Positions 19,398-28,786 of a stretch of DNA of 64,000 bases are shown piece by piece. This DNA comes from an uncultured Candidatus Saccharibacteria bacterium. Lineage in GTDB: Bacteria > Patescibacteriota > Minisyncoccia > UBA6257 > UBA11618. The translations under genes and the position numbers were made by a program. The notes beneath the pieces were generated by a model. It saw only the letters and a program-made list of their open reading frames with translations. It ran no database searches and had not been told where the DNA came from. How positions within the stretch are numbered: position 1 is the stretch's first letter; each line of letters opens with the position of its first letter. The stretch covers positions 9,302 through 73,301 of the forward strand of contig CAYICS010000002.1 in NCBI GenBank assembly GCA_964362125.1. Direction: 5' to 3'.

Positions 19398-19626
19398 AGC
19401 CACCTCCATATTCCTCTCGCAACCATTCCGTTACAGATAAATTCCTCCTCACCCTAAGTCAGAAATTATCAGAAAAACAGAACTCGCCGTTAACATCAAG
19501 GAATATAAGGGTTCCCCAGCAGAGCTGGGGCTCAAACAGCTGTTTTTCTTAGATTTCTTTGACTTAGGGTTCGGGAATTTATCGACTTCCACTACACAGG
19601 TTGCTGTGAAGAATATGGAGGTGGCT
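19398..19626 (-). repeat. ~229-nt rod-like structured element, copy 2 (inverted relative to copy 1)
   Basis: Terminal stem AGCCACCTCCATATTC / GAATATGGAGGTGGCT; inner stems GATAAATTCC/GGAATTTATC and ACCCTAAGTCA/TGACTTAGGGT; core shared with 14781-14883. Confidence 0.8.
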
Positions 19627-19788
19627 CATTCTCAGGGCTTGATTAAAGGCCGGCGCCGCGATCTGGTTCCGGGAGAGTTGCAGCGGAACTTTGAGTACTG
19701 CGAGAAAGGAGATTAGATTAGCGCTAAGGATGTTCTGAATTACCTCAACTGGCGGGATGAAGCCGCCAAGAAAGGAGCGGGGCCGTGA
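19624..19788 (+). pseudogene. 3' remnant of a paralog of 20445..21128 and 21109..21774
   Basis: Translates AHSQGLIKGRRRDLVPGELQRNFEYCEKGD*ISAKDVLNYLNWRDE..., matching both paralog C-termini; internal TAG at 19714. Confidence 0.85.
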
Positions 19789-20306
19789 CCGAAACATTGC
19801 CGACATTAACGGACCAAGAAAAGGAGATGCTGGCCGGATTACTGCGGCGGCTCAAGCCGCCCTATGGACCAAAGGTGTTCCCAGCGTGGGTGGAGAATTT
19901 CGTCACCACGCCAGTGGAGATGGCGGTTTTCAACAGTGATCGCCAGATACTCCTGGTTTATAGAGAAGACCCGGAGTACAAGGGCTGGCATAGTCCGGGA
20001 ACGATTCTTCGCGATGAGGAAGATGTGCCAACTGCTCTTGAGCGGCTCATCAATGGTGAGCTGGGTGGGGCAAAAGTAACCAGGCCTGTCCCCTTGGGTT
20101 GGGTGGAAGTTCACAGGGGCAATGGTCTGGGGCAAAACCCAACCCGTCACGAGATCTCTTTACTCCATGCCTGCTTCGTACAAAATCTCTCTTTATCAGG
20201 CAAAGACAGATTATTCTCTATCGATCAACTGCCTGAAAACACCCTCACTCATCACAAAGAGGTAATCATCCCGGAGATCGTGAGACGTCTCTGGGGGCCC
20301 GGATAG
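19785..20306 (+). CDS. NUDIX-fold hydrolase (degenerate Nudix box)
   Basis: VEMAVFN....ILLVYR....GWHSPGT......E....AL.R....ELG; SD AAGGAG upstream. Confidence 0.75.
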   Translation: MTETLPTLTDQEKEMLAGLLRRLKPPYGPKVFPAWVENFVTTPVEMAVFNSDRQILLVYREDPEYKGWHSPGTILRDEEDVPTALERLINGELGGAKVTRPVPLGWVEVHRGNGLGQNPTRHEISLLHACFVQNLSLSGKDRLFSIDQLPENTLTHHKEVIIPEIVRRLWGPG

Positions 20307-20319
20307 CCGGGCCTTTTTT
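20296..20319 (+). terminator. Intrinsic terminator
   Basis: GGCCCGG-ATAG-CCGGGCC-T6. Confidence 0.8.
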
Positions 20320-20353
20320 GTCCCCTAACTTCACGGTCGTGAAGTAGGGGACA
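20319..20353. repeat. 35-bp hairpin/palindrome
   Basis: TGTCCCCTA-A-CTTCACG-GT-CGTGAAG-TAGGGGACA. Confidence 0.75.
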
Positions 20354-20354
20354 T

Positions 20355-20407
20355 TTGACCATTTGTCAATTATATATTATATTATGTATCTAGTCGTACC
20401 TTGGCAA
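20355..20407 (+). promoter_or_regulatory. Sigma70 promoter plus boxA-like element
   Basis: TTGACC-17nt-TATATT, then GTACCTTGGCAA (20396-20407). Confidence 0.65.
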
Positions 20408-20444
20408 ATCTATGGGTCTAAAATACAATAGAAAGGATTTGAAC

Positions 20445-21128
20445 ATGACTGGTTTTAGGGAAAATCAAGAGAATCTTTTTGAGCTGATTCATCGAGTTCT
20501 CGGTGATCATTTGCCGAGCGAGCCCCTGGAAGCGGTTTATCTCTTTGATTTGAGTTCGCCCAACAAGAGTTCAATACTTGAAAGAGCTATTAAACTCTAT
20601 CAGCAGGGCCGTGTTCGAAAGCTGGTTTTGAATAACGAAGGCGATCTCGACGGCTCAATCTCCTATCAGCAGTGTGCTGAAGAGTTGATTGCTAGGGGTG
20701 TCTCAAAAAGCGATCTTCTGGCTTTCAAACCAGCTCCGGAGTTTCGCGGTCCGACAGGGCGTTACAACGCCTCATCTCAAGGCGAGGGTTTTGTTCGGTT
20801 TATCAAGGAAAGCGGTTACCGATCAGTGGGGTGCATCGCCCCGACCTTTCATCTGGTCCGTGCCTTTGTGGCAGTGGTCAGCGGCCTTGCCCATAACAAT
20901 CTCCAAAATACAGTCCGGGCTTATGCCATACCCGGAGAATCACAGTCGTGGGATGAGGAGATTGTTCATTTTCAAGGCGCCATTAAAGGGCCTCGGAAAA
21001 ATCTGCTTAAGGATGAGCTGGCGAGGCTTGCTAGTTACAGCGCCAGAGGAGATCAGGTTTCTGGGGAAGTAGTTCTCAATTATCTCAATCAACGGGAAGG
21101 AGGAAATCGTGCCGACGTTCTGCGATGA
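20445..21128 (+). CDS. Hypothetical protein, possibly YdcF/DUF218-like (paralog A)
   Basis: L...GV....L, N...Q.E.FV and FH.VRAF resemble DUF218 motifs; SD AAAGGA before ATG 20445. Confidence 0.55.
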   Translation: MTGFRENQENLFELIHRVLGDHLPSEPLEAVYLFDLSSPNKSSILERAIKLYQQGRVRKLVLNNEGDLDGSISYQQCAEELIARGVSKSDLLAFKPAPEFRGPTGRYNASSQGEGFVRFIKESGYRSVGCIAPTFHLVRAFVAVVSGLAHNNLQNTVRAYAIPGESQSWDEEIVHFQGAIKGPRKNLLKDELARLASYSARGDQVSGEVVLNYLNQREGGNRADVLR

Positions 21129-21774
21129 CCAGTCAGTTCTCTTTCAGTTGACGCATCGGATTCTCTGTGATTCATTGCCGCCGAGACAGTTGGAAGTTGT
21201 CTATCTTTTCGACGAAACAGCCGAAAGCGCTTCGTCAGTGATAGATCAGGCCTTCTCGCTTTATAAACTGAACGGAGTTAGGAGAATAGCGCTGAATAAC
21301 GAAGGCCATCCTGCCGGATCAATTTCTTACGACAAACGCTGTGAGGAATTGATTACTGGGGGTGTTGTTCCTCAAGATCTGGTGGCCTTCAAGCCCGCCC
21401 CTGAATTTCGCGATCCGAAAACAGGATGTTACAGCACCAACTCTGAAGCCGATGGCTTCGTCCGTTTTATCAAGGAGCAGGGTTATACCTTGATTGGAGG
21501 GATCAGGCAGCCCCTGTTTCAGATTCGTGGCTTTGTCTCTTTAGTCAGCGCTCTCTTCCGCCATGGATTGCAAGAAATGGTTCGTGCCTACAATATTCCC
21601 GGCAGGCGGTTATCTTGGATAGGGAAGGCACTTCACTCTCAAGGTAATGTGGAGGAAGAGCGTTGGCAGCTGCTCGAACGCGAGCGGGATAACATCTTCA
21701 AGTACTGCGAATGGGGGCATCTGGTGACTGCTCCCGAAGTCCTTCAGTATTTGAAATGGCGAGACGGTTTGTAA
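21109..21774 (+). CDS. Hypothetical protein, possibly YdcF/DUF218-like (paralog B)
   Basis: Colinear with paralog A (VYLFD, LNNEG...GSISY, AFKPAPEFR, GFVRFIKE.GY); SD AGGAGG. Confidence 0.55.
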   Translation: MPTFCDDQSVLFQLTHRILCDSLPPRQLEVVYLFDETAESASSVIDQAFSLYKLNGVRRIALNNEGHPAGSISYDKRCEELITGGVVPQDLVAFKPAPEFRDPKTGCYSTNSEADGFVRFIKEQGYTLIGGIRQPLFQIRGFVSLVSALFRHGLQEMVRAYNIPGRRLSWIGKALHSQGNVEEERWQLLERERDNIFKYCEWGHLVTAPEVLQYLKWRDGL

Positions 21775-21802
21775 GTTCTTGAGTATCTTTGGTGGTACTC
21801 TT

Positions 21803-21838
21803 GGCTGGTCTGGAGCAGCTCCAGACCAGCCTTTTTTT
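21803..21838 (+). terminator. Intrinsic terminator
   Basis: GGCTGGTCTGGAG-CAG-CTCCAGACCAGCC-T7. Confidence 0.9.
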
Positions 21839-21858
21839 ATTCAAAAACTTATGCTAGA

Positions 21859-22665
21859 TTGGGTGGTGTGAAAAGTGACGTCATCAAAAAATGGGAAATT
21901 CCGGTGGTGATTTTCTGCGGCGGCAAAGGGACGCGGCTGAAAGAAGAAACTGATTTTAAACCCAAGCCGATGGTCACTATCGGCGGCTTGCCCATCCTCT
22001 GGCACATTATGAAAATTTATTCGGCGCGGGGTTTTAATAATTTTATTCTTTGTCTTGGTTATCGCGGCGACACTATCAGAGATTTTTTCTTAAATCACCA
22101 TTTTCATAATCAGGATTGTCTGCTTGATTCCCAAAATAAAAAAATTGAGCATTTAGGGTCAGGGCCAGAGAACTGGAAAATAATTTTTGCCGAGACCGGC
22201 GCCGAGGCCTTAACCGGCGAAAGATTATTCCGGATAACTAAATATCTTAGCGGCGACCGGTTTATGGTCACTTATGGCGACGGCGTCACTGATATGAATA
22301 TCAGCGATCTGCTTGATTATCATTTATCGCAAAAAACCATCGGCACCATTACCGGCGTCCACCCTTATTCCAAGTGGGGGCTGGCGGAAATCGACGGCGC
22401 TAGCCGCATCAAACGTTTCCGGCAGAAACCCTTGCTTGATGAGTATGTCAACGGCGGCTTCATGGTTTTTGAGCGGCCCTTTATTAAATATCTTGAGGAA
22501 GGCATCAGTATCGAGGAGGCCTTCAGCAAGCTGATTAGGAAGAAACAACTTTCTTTGTATAAATACAACGGCTTCTGGCATGCGATGGATACTTATCAGG
22601 ATCACGAAGAGCTTAATCGTCTTTGGCAGAAGAAAAAACCATGGCAAGTCTGGAAAGAATCTTAG
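21859..22665 (+). CDS. rfbF: Glucose-1-phosphate cytidylyltransferase
   Basis: GG.GTRL.EET..KPKPMV.IG..PILWHIMKIY, TYGDGV, FW..MDT. Start may be GTG 21868. Confidence 0.93.
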   Translation: MGGVKSDVIKKWEIPVVIFCGGKGTRLKEETDFKPKPMVTIGGLPILWHIMKIYSARGFNNFILCLGYRGDTIRDFFLNHHFHNQDCLLDSQNKKIEHLGSGPENWKIIFAETGAEALTGERLFRITKYLSGDRFMVTYGDGVTDMNISDLLDYHLSQKTIGTITGVHPYSKWGLAEIDGASRIKRFRQKPLLDEYVNGGFMVFERPFIKYLEEGISIEEAFSKLIRKKQLSLYKYNGFWHAMDTYQDHEELNRLWQKKKPWQVWKES

Positions 22666-23591
22666 TCACCGGCGCCACCGGCTTTATCGGCAGTCATCTG
22701 GTTGAGGCCTTATTAAAAGACGGCCGGAAGATTGCCATTGTCAAGCGGCCGGATTCTAATCTTTGGCGCATCGCCTCATTTCAGAGCCGCCTGAAAATTT
22801 ATAACAATGATGATGCTTCTTTGAGGCGACTGTTTAAAAAGATTAAGCCGCAATTAGTGATTCATCTGGCCGCTTATTATGTGAAAGAGCATCGGTCAAT
22901 AACTGACGCGGAGGAATTAATTAGAAGCAATGTTCTTTTTCCGGTAAAAATTTTGGAGTTGATGCGTCAGCACCAAGTTAGATATTTTATTAATACCGGC
23001 ACCTGTTTTGAATATGATTTGAGCCGGAAAGAAAAAATAAAAGAGACGTCGCCGCTGGCTCCCCAAAATTTATACGCCGCCACCAAGCTGGCTTTCCAAA
23101 AAATCCTCCGCTATTATGCCGGCGCCTATCAAATGAAAGCAGTTAACTTCCGGCTTTTTCCGCCTTATGGGCCCAAAGATAACGAAAAATTGGTTAACCA
23201 TCTTTTAAATAATTTAACCACCGGCCAGAGGATTTTTCAAAGTCCATCACAACAGCAATGGAATTTTACTTATGTAAAAGACATTGTTACCGCTTATAGA
23301 AAGGCCGTTGTTTATCTTCTCAAGATGAAAAGCGATTACGAAGATTTTAATATCGGTATTGACAAAACTTATTCGGTGAAGCAAATTATTGATGTTTTAG
23401 AACGATTAACCGGGGCGCGTAATCTGGTCAGTTATGACCGGCCTTACCCAGCCAAAGAGATCTTTTATCTTAATTGTAATAATAGTAAAGCTAAAAGGTT
23501 ATTGGGTTGGCGGCCGAAGTATAGTTTAGAGCGGGGTCTAAAAGAAACTTATGAATGGTACTGTCTTCGGCATCAAAGGGCAAAAAATTGA
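22641..23591 (+). CDS. NAD-dependent CDP-sugar reductase/epimerase (abequose/paratose synthase-like)
   Basis: TGATGFIG, FINTGT, YAATK; CDP-sugar context. Confidence 0.8.
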   Translation: MASLERILVTGATGFIGSHLVEALLKDGRKIAIVKRPDSNLWRIASFQSRLKIYNNDDASLRRLFKKIKPQLVIHLAAYYVKEHRSITDAEELIRSNVLFPVKILELMRQHQVRYFINTGTCFEYDLSRKEKIKETSPLAPQNLYAATKLAFQKILRYYAGAYQMKAVNFRLFPPYGPKDNEKLVNHLLNNLTTGQRIFQSPSQQQWNFTYVKDIVTAYRKAVVYLLKMKSDYEDFNIGIDKTYSVKQIIDVLERLTGARNLVSYDRPYPAKEIFYLNCNNSKAKRLLGWRPKYSLERGLKETYEWYCLRHQRAKN

Positions 23592-24033
23592 CGGAGTAGA
23601 AATCAAGAAACTGAATATCATTCCTGATGAACGGGGAGCGATTTATCATATGCTCCGCCGCGATGATCCCCTTTTTGAACAATTCGGCGAAATTTATTTT
23701 TCCAAGGTTTATCCCGGAGTAATTAAGGGTTGGCATATCCATAAAGAGATGACTTTAAATTACGCCGTCATTTCAGGAATGATTAAGCTGGTTTTGTTTG
23801 ATGATCGGGAAGGCAGTGCCACCCGGGGCAATCTGATGGAGATATTTATGGGCGAAGATAATTATCTTTTGGTGAAAATCCCTAAGCTGATTTGGAACGG
23901 CTTTAAGGGTATTGGCAGTAAGCCAGCTATTGTTGCCAATTGTGCCACTCTACCGCACATTAAAGAAGAAATCGGGCGCCTTGATCCTTTTCACAATCAT
24001 ATTCCTTATAAATGGGATTTAATCAATGAATAA
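23551..24033 (+). CDS. RmlC-like NDP-4-keto-6-deoxyhexose 3,5-epimerase (cupin)
   Basis: DERG, YPGVIKGWH.H, LFDDR..S.T. Confidence 0.85.
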   Translation: MNGTVFGIKGQKIDGVEIKKLNIIPDERGAIYHMLRRDDPLFEQFGEIYFSKVYPGVIKGWHIHKEMTLNYAVISGMIKLVLFDDREGSATRGNLMEIFMGEDNYLLVKIPKLIWNGFKGIGSKPAIVANCATLPHIKEEIGRLDPFHNHIPYKWDLINE

Positions 24034-26269
24034 TCTTAAAGATTTTTATAAGGGCAAAAAAGTGCTGGTGACTGGTCAGAGCGGTTTTAACGGCGCCTGG
24101 CTGGCTTATGTTCTCTGGCGCTGGGGAGCGCAGGTGACGGCCGTTTCTTTAGCGCCCAAAACCCAACCCAATCTTTTTGATATTTTTGGTTTAAGAGAGA
24201 AAATTACCAACTACTTTATTGATCTCCGCGATTTTCAGCATTTAAAAAATATTATCGCCAATCTTCAACCAGAACTGGTTTTTCATTTAGCCGCCCAAGC
24301 CATTGTTTTAAAAAGCTATGATGAGCCGATGGAAACTTATATCAGCAATACTCTAGGCACAGTCAATATCTTGGAAGCAATCCGGACCGCCGGCTGTGTT
24401 CGCTCGGGAATCATTGTCACCACTGATAAAGTTTATGAAAATAAAGAAGATTCTCACGCTTTCCAGGAACCGGATAAGTTAGGCGGCGACGATCCTTACA
24501 GCGCCAGCAAAGCCGCCGCCGACATTATTGCTAATTCTTATATTCGTTCTTTCCATCTGCCTCTGGCTGTTTGCCGCTCCGGCAATATTTTAGGCGGCGG
24601 CGATTGGGCAGAGTATAGGTTATTGCCGGATATTTTCAGAGCTATTTACAGCGGTAGTAATCCGGTGATTATCCGTAACCCGGAGGCGGTTCGTCCCTGG
24701 CAGTATATTCTAGAGCCGGTCTCCGGATATTTATTTTTAGCTAAAAAAATTTTTGAGGGAGAAAGTAATCTGGCCGGCGCCTGGAATTTCGGGCCGGATC
24801 AGGAAAATTCTGCGGCGGTTGAGCCAGTGGTTCAAAAAACTATTAAGTTGATCGGCACCGGGCAGTATCAAGTGGTGCCAACCGATGATAAACCCGAGAA
24901 GAAATTATTAAGATTGGATAACACCAAGGCCAAAACAGTTTTGGGCTGGAAGCCCCGCTTAAATCTGGATGATACTTTAAAATGGACAGTTGATTGGTAC
25001 CGGCAATATTATACTAATCCTTCAGGTATTATCAGTTTAACTGACGAGCAGATTGATAAATTTTTCGGTGAGAGCGCCAGCCGGCGGGTAACTTACGCTC
25101 TGGCGGTTCATGGTGATGAAGAATTGGCGGCTGTGATTGACGTTCTTAGTCGCCATAAAACCATTATGGGAGAAAAAGTTAAGCTGTTGGAAAATAAAGT
25201 AGCCGGCCTTTTTGCCAAAAAACATGGGATTGCTGTTAATTCCGGTTCCTCAGCCAATTTTTTGGCCTTAGAGATTATTGATTTACCGCCGGGCAGTGAA
25301 GTTATTACCCCCATTATGACTTTTGCCACAACCGTGGCGCCCCTAGTTCAAAAAGGATTGCGGCCGGTTTTTACCGATGTTATTGAAGGTAATTATCAGA
25401 TTGATGTTAATCAGGTAGAGTCACTCATCAGCGATAAAACCCGGGCGCTGATGATCCCTTCTCTTTTAGGCAATATCCCGGATTACCGCCAACTGCGGGA
25501 AATTGCCCGACGTTATAATCTTTTTTTGATTGAAGATTCTTGTGACACTTTGGGAGCAAAATTAGACGGCGCCGCCACTGGTCTTTACTCTGATATTTCC
25601 ACTACCAGTTTCTATGGTTCTCATATTATTACTGCCGCTGGCGGGGGCGGAATGATTTGTGTCAATAATGACGACTGGGCAAGGCAGTGCCGGGTGTTGC
25701 GGGGTTGGGGCCGGTCTTCGGCGGCTGATGAGAGCGAAAGTATTGAAGCGCGCTTTCAGCAAGAACTTGATAATGAGCCCTATGATGCTAAATTTATTTT
25801 TGAACGCCTTGGCTATAATTTCTTGCCCAGTGAAATAGGCGCGGCTTTTGGTTTAGCCCAGTTGGAGAAGTTAGATAGTTTTATCGCCATCCGGCGCCGC
25901 AATTTCCAAGAGCTAAAATTATTTTTCTTAAATTATCAGGATTTATTTATTCTGCCGGAACAAAATTCCCGGGCCGAAACCGCCTGGCTGGCTTTTCCTT
26001 TAACTATTAAAGAAGGGGCGCCTTTCCGACGCAAAGATTTACAGATTTATCTCGAGAGGCGGGGCATCCAGACCAGAACTAATTTTGCCGGCAATCTCTT
26101 GCGTCACCCCGGCTTTAAAGGCATACCCTGCCGCACCCGGGCCGAAGGTTATCCAGCGGCAGATAATATTTTCCGCAATTCTTTTCTGATTGGCTGTCAC
26201 CACGGTCTGACCAGTGAGGACTTGGCTTATCTTAAGCAAAGTTTTACTGATTTCTTTAAATCCATATGA
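24026..26269 (+). CDS. Fusion of CDP-glucose 4,6-dehydratase (RfbG-like) and PLP-dependent sugar 3-dehydratase (RfbH/ColD-like)
   Basis: N-half: TTDKVY, DPYSASKA, GGGDW..RL.PD, RPWQ..LEP..GY. C-half: VNSGSSAN, EDSCD.LG, SFYGSHIIT, GYNF. Confidence 0.9.
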   Translation: MNNLKDFYKGKKVLVTGQSGFNGAWLAYVLWRWGAQVTAVSLAPKTQPNLFDIFGLREKITNYFIDLRDFQHLKNIIANLQPELVFHLAAQAIVLKSYDEPMETYISNTLGTVNILEAIRTAGCVRSGIIVTTDKVYENKEDSHAFQEPDKLGGDDPYSASKAAADIIANSYIRSFHLPLAVCRSGNILGGGDWAEYRLLPDIFRAIYSGSNPVIIRNPEAVRPWQYILEPVSGYLFLAKKIFEGESNLAGAWNFGPDQENSAAVEPVVQKTIKLIGTGQYQVVPTDDKPEKKLLRLDNTKAKTVLGWKPRLNLDDTLKWTVDWYRQYYTNPSGIISLTDEQIDKFFGESASRRVTYALAVHGDEELAAVIDVLSRHKTIMGEKVKLLENKVAGLFAKKHGIAVNSGSSANFLALEIIDLPPGSEVITPIMTFATTVAPLVQKGLRPVFTDVIEGNYQIDVNQVESLISDKTRALMIPSLLGNIPDYRQLREIARRYNLFLIEDSCDTLGAKLDGAATGLYSDISTTSFYGSHIITAAGGGGMICVNNDDWARQCRVLRGWGRSSAADESESIEARFQQELDNEPYDAKFIFERLGYNFLPSEIGAAFGLAQLEKLDSFIAIRRRNFQELKLFFLNYQDLFILPEQNSRAETAWLAFPLTIKEGAPFRRKDLQIYLERRGIQTRTNFAGNLLRHPGFKGIPCRTRAEGYPAADNIFRNSFLIGCHHGLTSEDLAYLKQSFTDFFKSI

Positions 26270-27345
26270 GAGTTTGTTATTTTGGGAAGTTTGATCCCAA
26301 TTACGCCCGCAACCGGGTTTTTATCCGAGGTTTAAAGAAAAACGGCGTTGAGGTGATTGAATGCAACTCGGATCGCCGCGGTTTATTCTCAGTTACCTGG
26401 GATTTAATAAAAAAACATCGTCAATTAAAAGACCAATATGATGTGATGGTTGTTGGTTTTTTGGGCCATACCCCAGCCATCTTAGCCAGCTTTATTACAA
26501 AAAAACCAATTGCTTTTAATGCCTTAATTTCTCTTTATGACAGCACTGTTTTTGATCGCAAGAACGTTTCACCGAGAAGCTGGCGGGCTCTATATTACTG
26601 GTTATTAGACAAACTTTCCTGTCAATTGGTAGATTTGGTTATTTTAGATACAGCCGCTCATATTGATTATTTTGTTAGAACTTTCCGCTTGCCAATTGAT
26701 AAATTCCAACGGGTTTTCGTCGGCTCTGATGAAGAAATTTTTTCCCCTCTGCCGGCGCCGCCGACTGGTAATAAATTTCTGGTGAATTTTCACGGCACTT
26801 TCATTCCTCTCCATGGCGCTGAATATATTGTTGAGGCCGCCAACCTTCTAAAAAAAGAAAACATTCATTTTAATTTGATCGGCCGCGGTCAGACTTATCA
26901 AGAAATCCATCAGTTAATTGTCAACCGTCAATTGTCAAATGTCAGTCTTATTGACTATCTGGGCTATCTCGACTCCCCGCCTTTTCAAAAACTAAAAAAA
27001 TATCTGGCTGAGGCCGATATTTGCCTGGGAATTTTTGGCAATACCCAGAAAGCCCGCAATGTCATTCCTAATAAAGTTTTTGAGATTTTGGCAATGAGGA
27101 AACCTTTATTAACCGGCGATTCTCCGGCTAGCCGGGAAATTCTTACTGACCGGACCAATGTTTTATTTTGTAAAATGGCCGACCCGGCTGATTTGGCTGA
27201 GAAAATCTTAGAGCTAAAAAATAATCAAGGACTGCGGGAGAAAATTGCCGCTAATGGTTATCACCTCTTTCAATCTCAACTCCGTTCTGATATTATAGGA
27301 AAACAGTTAAAAGAGATTCTCAATGAACTCTGCTCTAAAAATTAA
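26266..27345 (+). CDS. GT4 glycosyltransferase
   Basis: FIPLHG, LGIFG...KA..VIPNKVFE. Confidence 0.88.
   Translation: MRVCYFGKFDPNYARNRVFIRGLKKNGVEVIECNSDRRGLFSVTWDLIKKHRQLKDQYDVMVVGFLGHTPAILASFITKKPIAFNALISLYDSTVFDRKNVSPRSWRALYYWLLDKLSCQLVDLVILDTAAHIDYFVRTFRLPIDKFQRVFVGSDEEIFSPLPAPPTGNKFLVNFHGTFIPLHGAEYIVEAANLLKKENIHFNLIGRGQTYQEIHQLIVNRQLSNVSLIDYLGYLDSPPFQKLKKYLAEADICLGIFGNTQKARNVIPNKVFEILAMRKPLLTGDSPASREILTDRTNVLFCKMADPADLAEKILELKNNQGLREKIAANGYHLFQSQLRSDIIGKQLKEILNELCSKN
26916..26943. repeat. Degenerate AATTGTC heptamer array inside a CDS
   Basis: AATTGTC-AACCGTC-AATTGTC-AAATGTC. Confidence 0.5.
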
Positions 27346-28786
27346 AACAATTTTTATCGCCGCCTTTCATACCCTAGCTTCAAGAAATATTTTGGCGACT
27401 GATGTTTTAAAAAGTTTAAGCGCTGACCCGGAACTGCGGCTGGTGATTTTTGTGCCGCTTTTTAAGACAGATTTTCTGAAAGAACAATACGGCCGGGATA
27501 ATATTATTTTTGTCGGATTCAATGAAAGACAATTAAATAATTATTTTTGGTTTGAAAACCTGACGTCACTGGCCTTCTCTTTTTTATCAACTTACACCGC
27601 TAAATTGCGTAGTCAGGAAAAATTAAGGAAAGAAAAGTCTTTGCGCGCCTTGGTAAAGTATGGCCGCAACCGGTTTGCCGGCGCTTTCCTTTCCCGCTTA
27701 ATGCCGGCCCGTTTTCTCTTGCGTTTTTTTGATCGGTTTTTTTCTCCGATTAAACTGCTTAATCAATATTTTGATCAATACCAGCCGCTGGCTGTTTTTG
27801 CCACTGATGTTTTTTTGGCGGCCGATGTCTTGTTTTTACAGGCAGCTAAAGCCCGAAGGATTCTCTCTATTGGCATGGTGCGTTCCTGGGACAACACTAC
27901 CACCAAAGGTTTAATGCGTTGCCTGCCGGACAAATTGATTGTCAATAATGAAATTATAAAGAAAGAAGCGGTGGAGTTACACGATTTTTCGGCTAAGAAC
28001 ATTTTTGTCAGCGGCTTACCGCAATTTGATATTGGTTTTCTGGGGAAAAGAACGCCGCGCCAGGAATTCTTCGGGAAAATCGGTCTTAATCCAAAAAAGA
28101 GAATGATTTTATTCGCCCCGGCGGGCCAGTTTCTTTCTGACACTGATTGGCAGATTTGCGAAATTTTAAAAAACGGCCTTGATCAAAAGAAAATTCCTTC
28201 TGATCTGCAATTTCTTGTCAGAAGCCACCCCATGGATCCGGCGCCTCTTTCCCAATTTCAGCCGGATGAACGGTTCGTTATTGAACGTCCCGGGACTTAT
28301 TTCAAAGTTGAGACAAGAAATTTGGGGGTGGTTTCAGGTCGACGGGTGGTGGCCGGCGATCCGGTTGACTTGGGTCAGCTGAACGCCAAATTAACGGAAA
28401 TGTCGCTTGATGATCTTAACCATCTTTTTGATTCTCTTTATCACTCGGAAATGCTGATTCAGGTTAACTCCACTATTGGTATTGATTCTTTAATTTTTGA
28501 TAAACCCGATATTATGATCGAATTCGACGGCTGGGAAAAGAAAAATTATCTAGACAGTGTTGAACGTTATCATCATGAGGATCATATGCAAAAATTTCTC
28601 AAAACTGGTGCGATTCGGATTGTTCGCAGTCAGGAAGAATTATTTGAGTGGATTAACAAATATCTGGAAGGGCCTGAACTAGATAGCGGAAAAAGAAAAA
28701 TCGGCGCCGGTCAACAGATTAAATTCCTTGATGGTCAATCAGGAAAAAGAGCGGCAGAATTTATTTTAAAAAGCATCAATGACTGA
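27323..28786 (+). CDS. GT-B fold transferase (CDP-glycerol glycerophosphotransferase/sialyltransferase-like)
   Basis: SWDN..TK, G.PQFD, R.HP, ST..ID....DKP, DGQSG.R. Confidence 0.6.
   Translation: MNSALKIKTIFIAAFHTLASRNILATDVLKSLSADPELRLVIFVPLFKTDFLKEQYGRDNIIFVGFNERQLNNYFWFENLTSLAFSFLSTYTAKLRSQEKLRKEKSLRALVKYGRNRFAGAFLSRLMPARFLLRFFDRFFSPIKLLNQYFDQYQPLAVFATDVFLAADVLFLQAAKARRILSIGMVRSWDNTTTKGLMRCLPDKLIVNNEIIKKEAVELHDFSAKNIFVSGLPQFDIGFLGKRTPRQEFFGKIGLNPKKRMILFAPAGQFLSDTDWQICEILKNGLDQKKIPSDLQFLVRSHPMDPAPLSQFQPDERFVIERPGTYFKVETRNLGVVSGRRVVAGDPVDLGQLNAKLTEMSLDDLNHLFDSLYHSEMLIQVNSTIGIDSLIFDKPDIMIEFDGWEKKNYLDSVERYHHEDHMQKFLKTGAIRIVRSQEELFEWINKYLEGPELDSGKRKIGAGQQIKFLDGQSGKRAAEFILKSIND

Noticed and set aside
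14717-19626. The structured element as 6S RNA, SRP RNA, tRNA, riboswitch or CRISPR
   Set aside because: It occurs as two nearby inverted copies. I see no SRP helix-8 motif, cloverleaf, recognisable aptamer or repeat-spacer periodicity. An Rfam search is still needed for a formal exclusion.
19714-19716. TAG readthrough or stop-codon recoding
   Set aside because: The fragment also lacks its 5' three-quarters. TAG, TGA and TAA all end full-length genes elsewhere in the window, consistent with genetic code 11.
19579-19806. 75-aa minus-strand ORF and other short ORFs at 19757-20150
   Set aside because: These are shadow frames over the pseudogene and the NUDIX gene, with no motifs.
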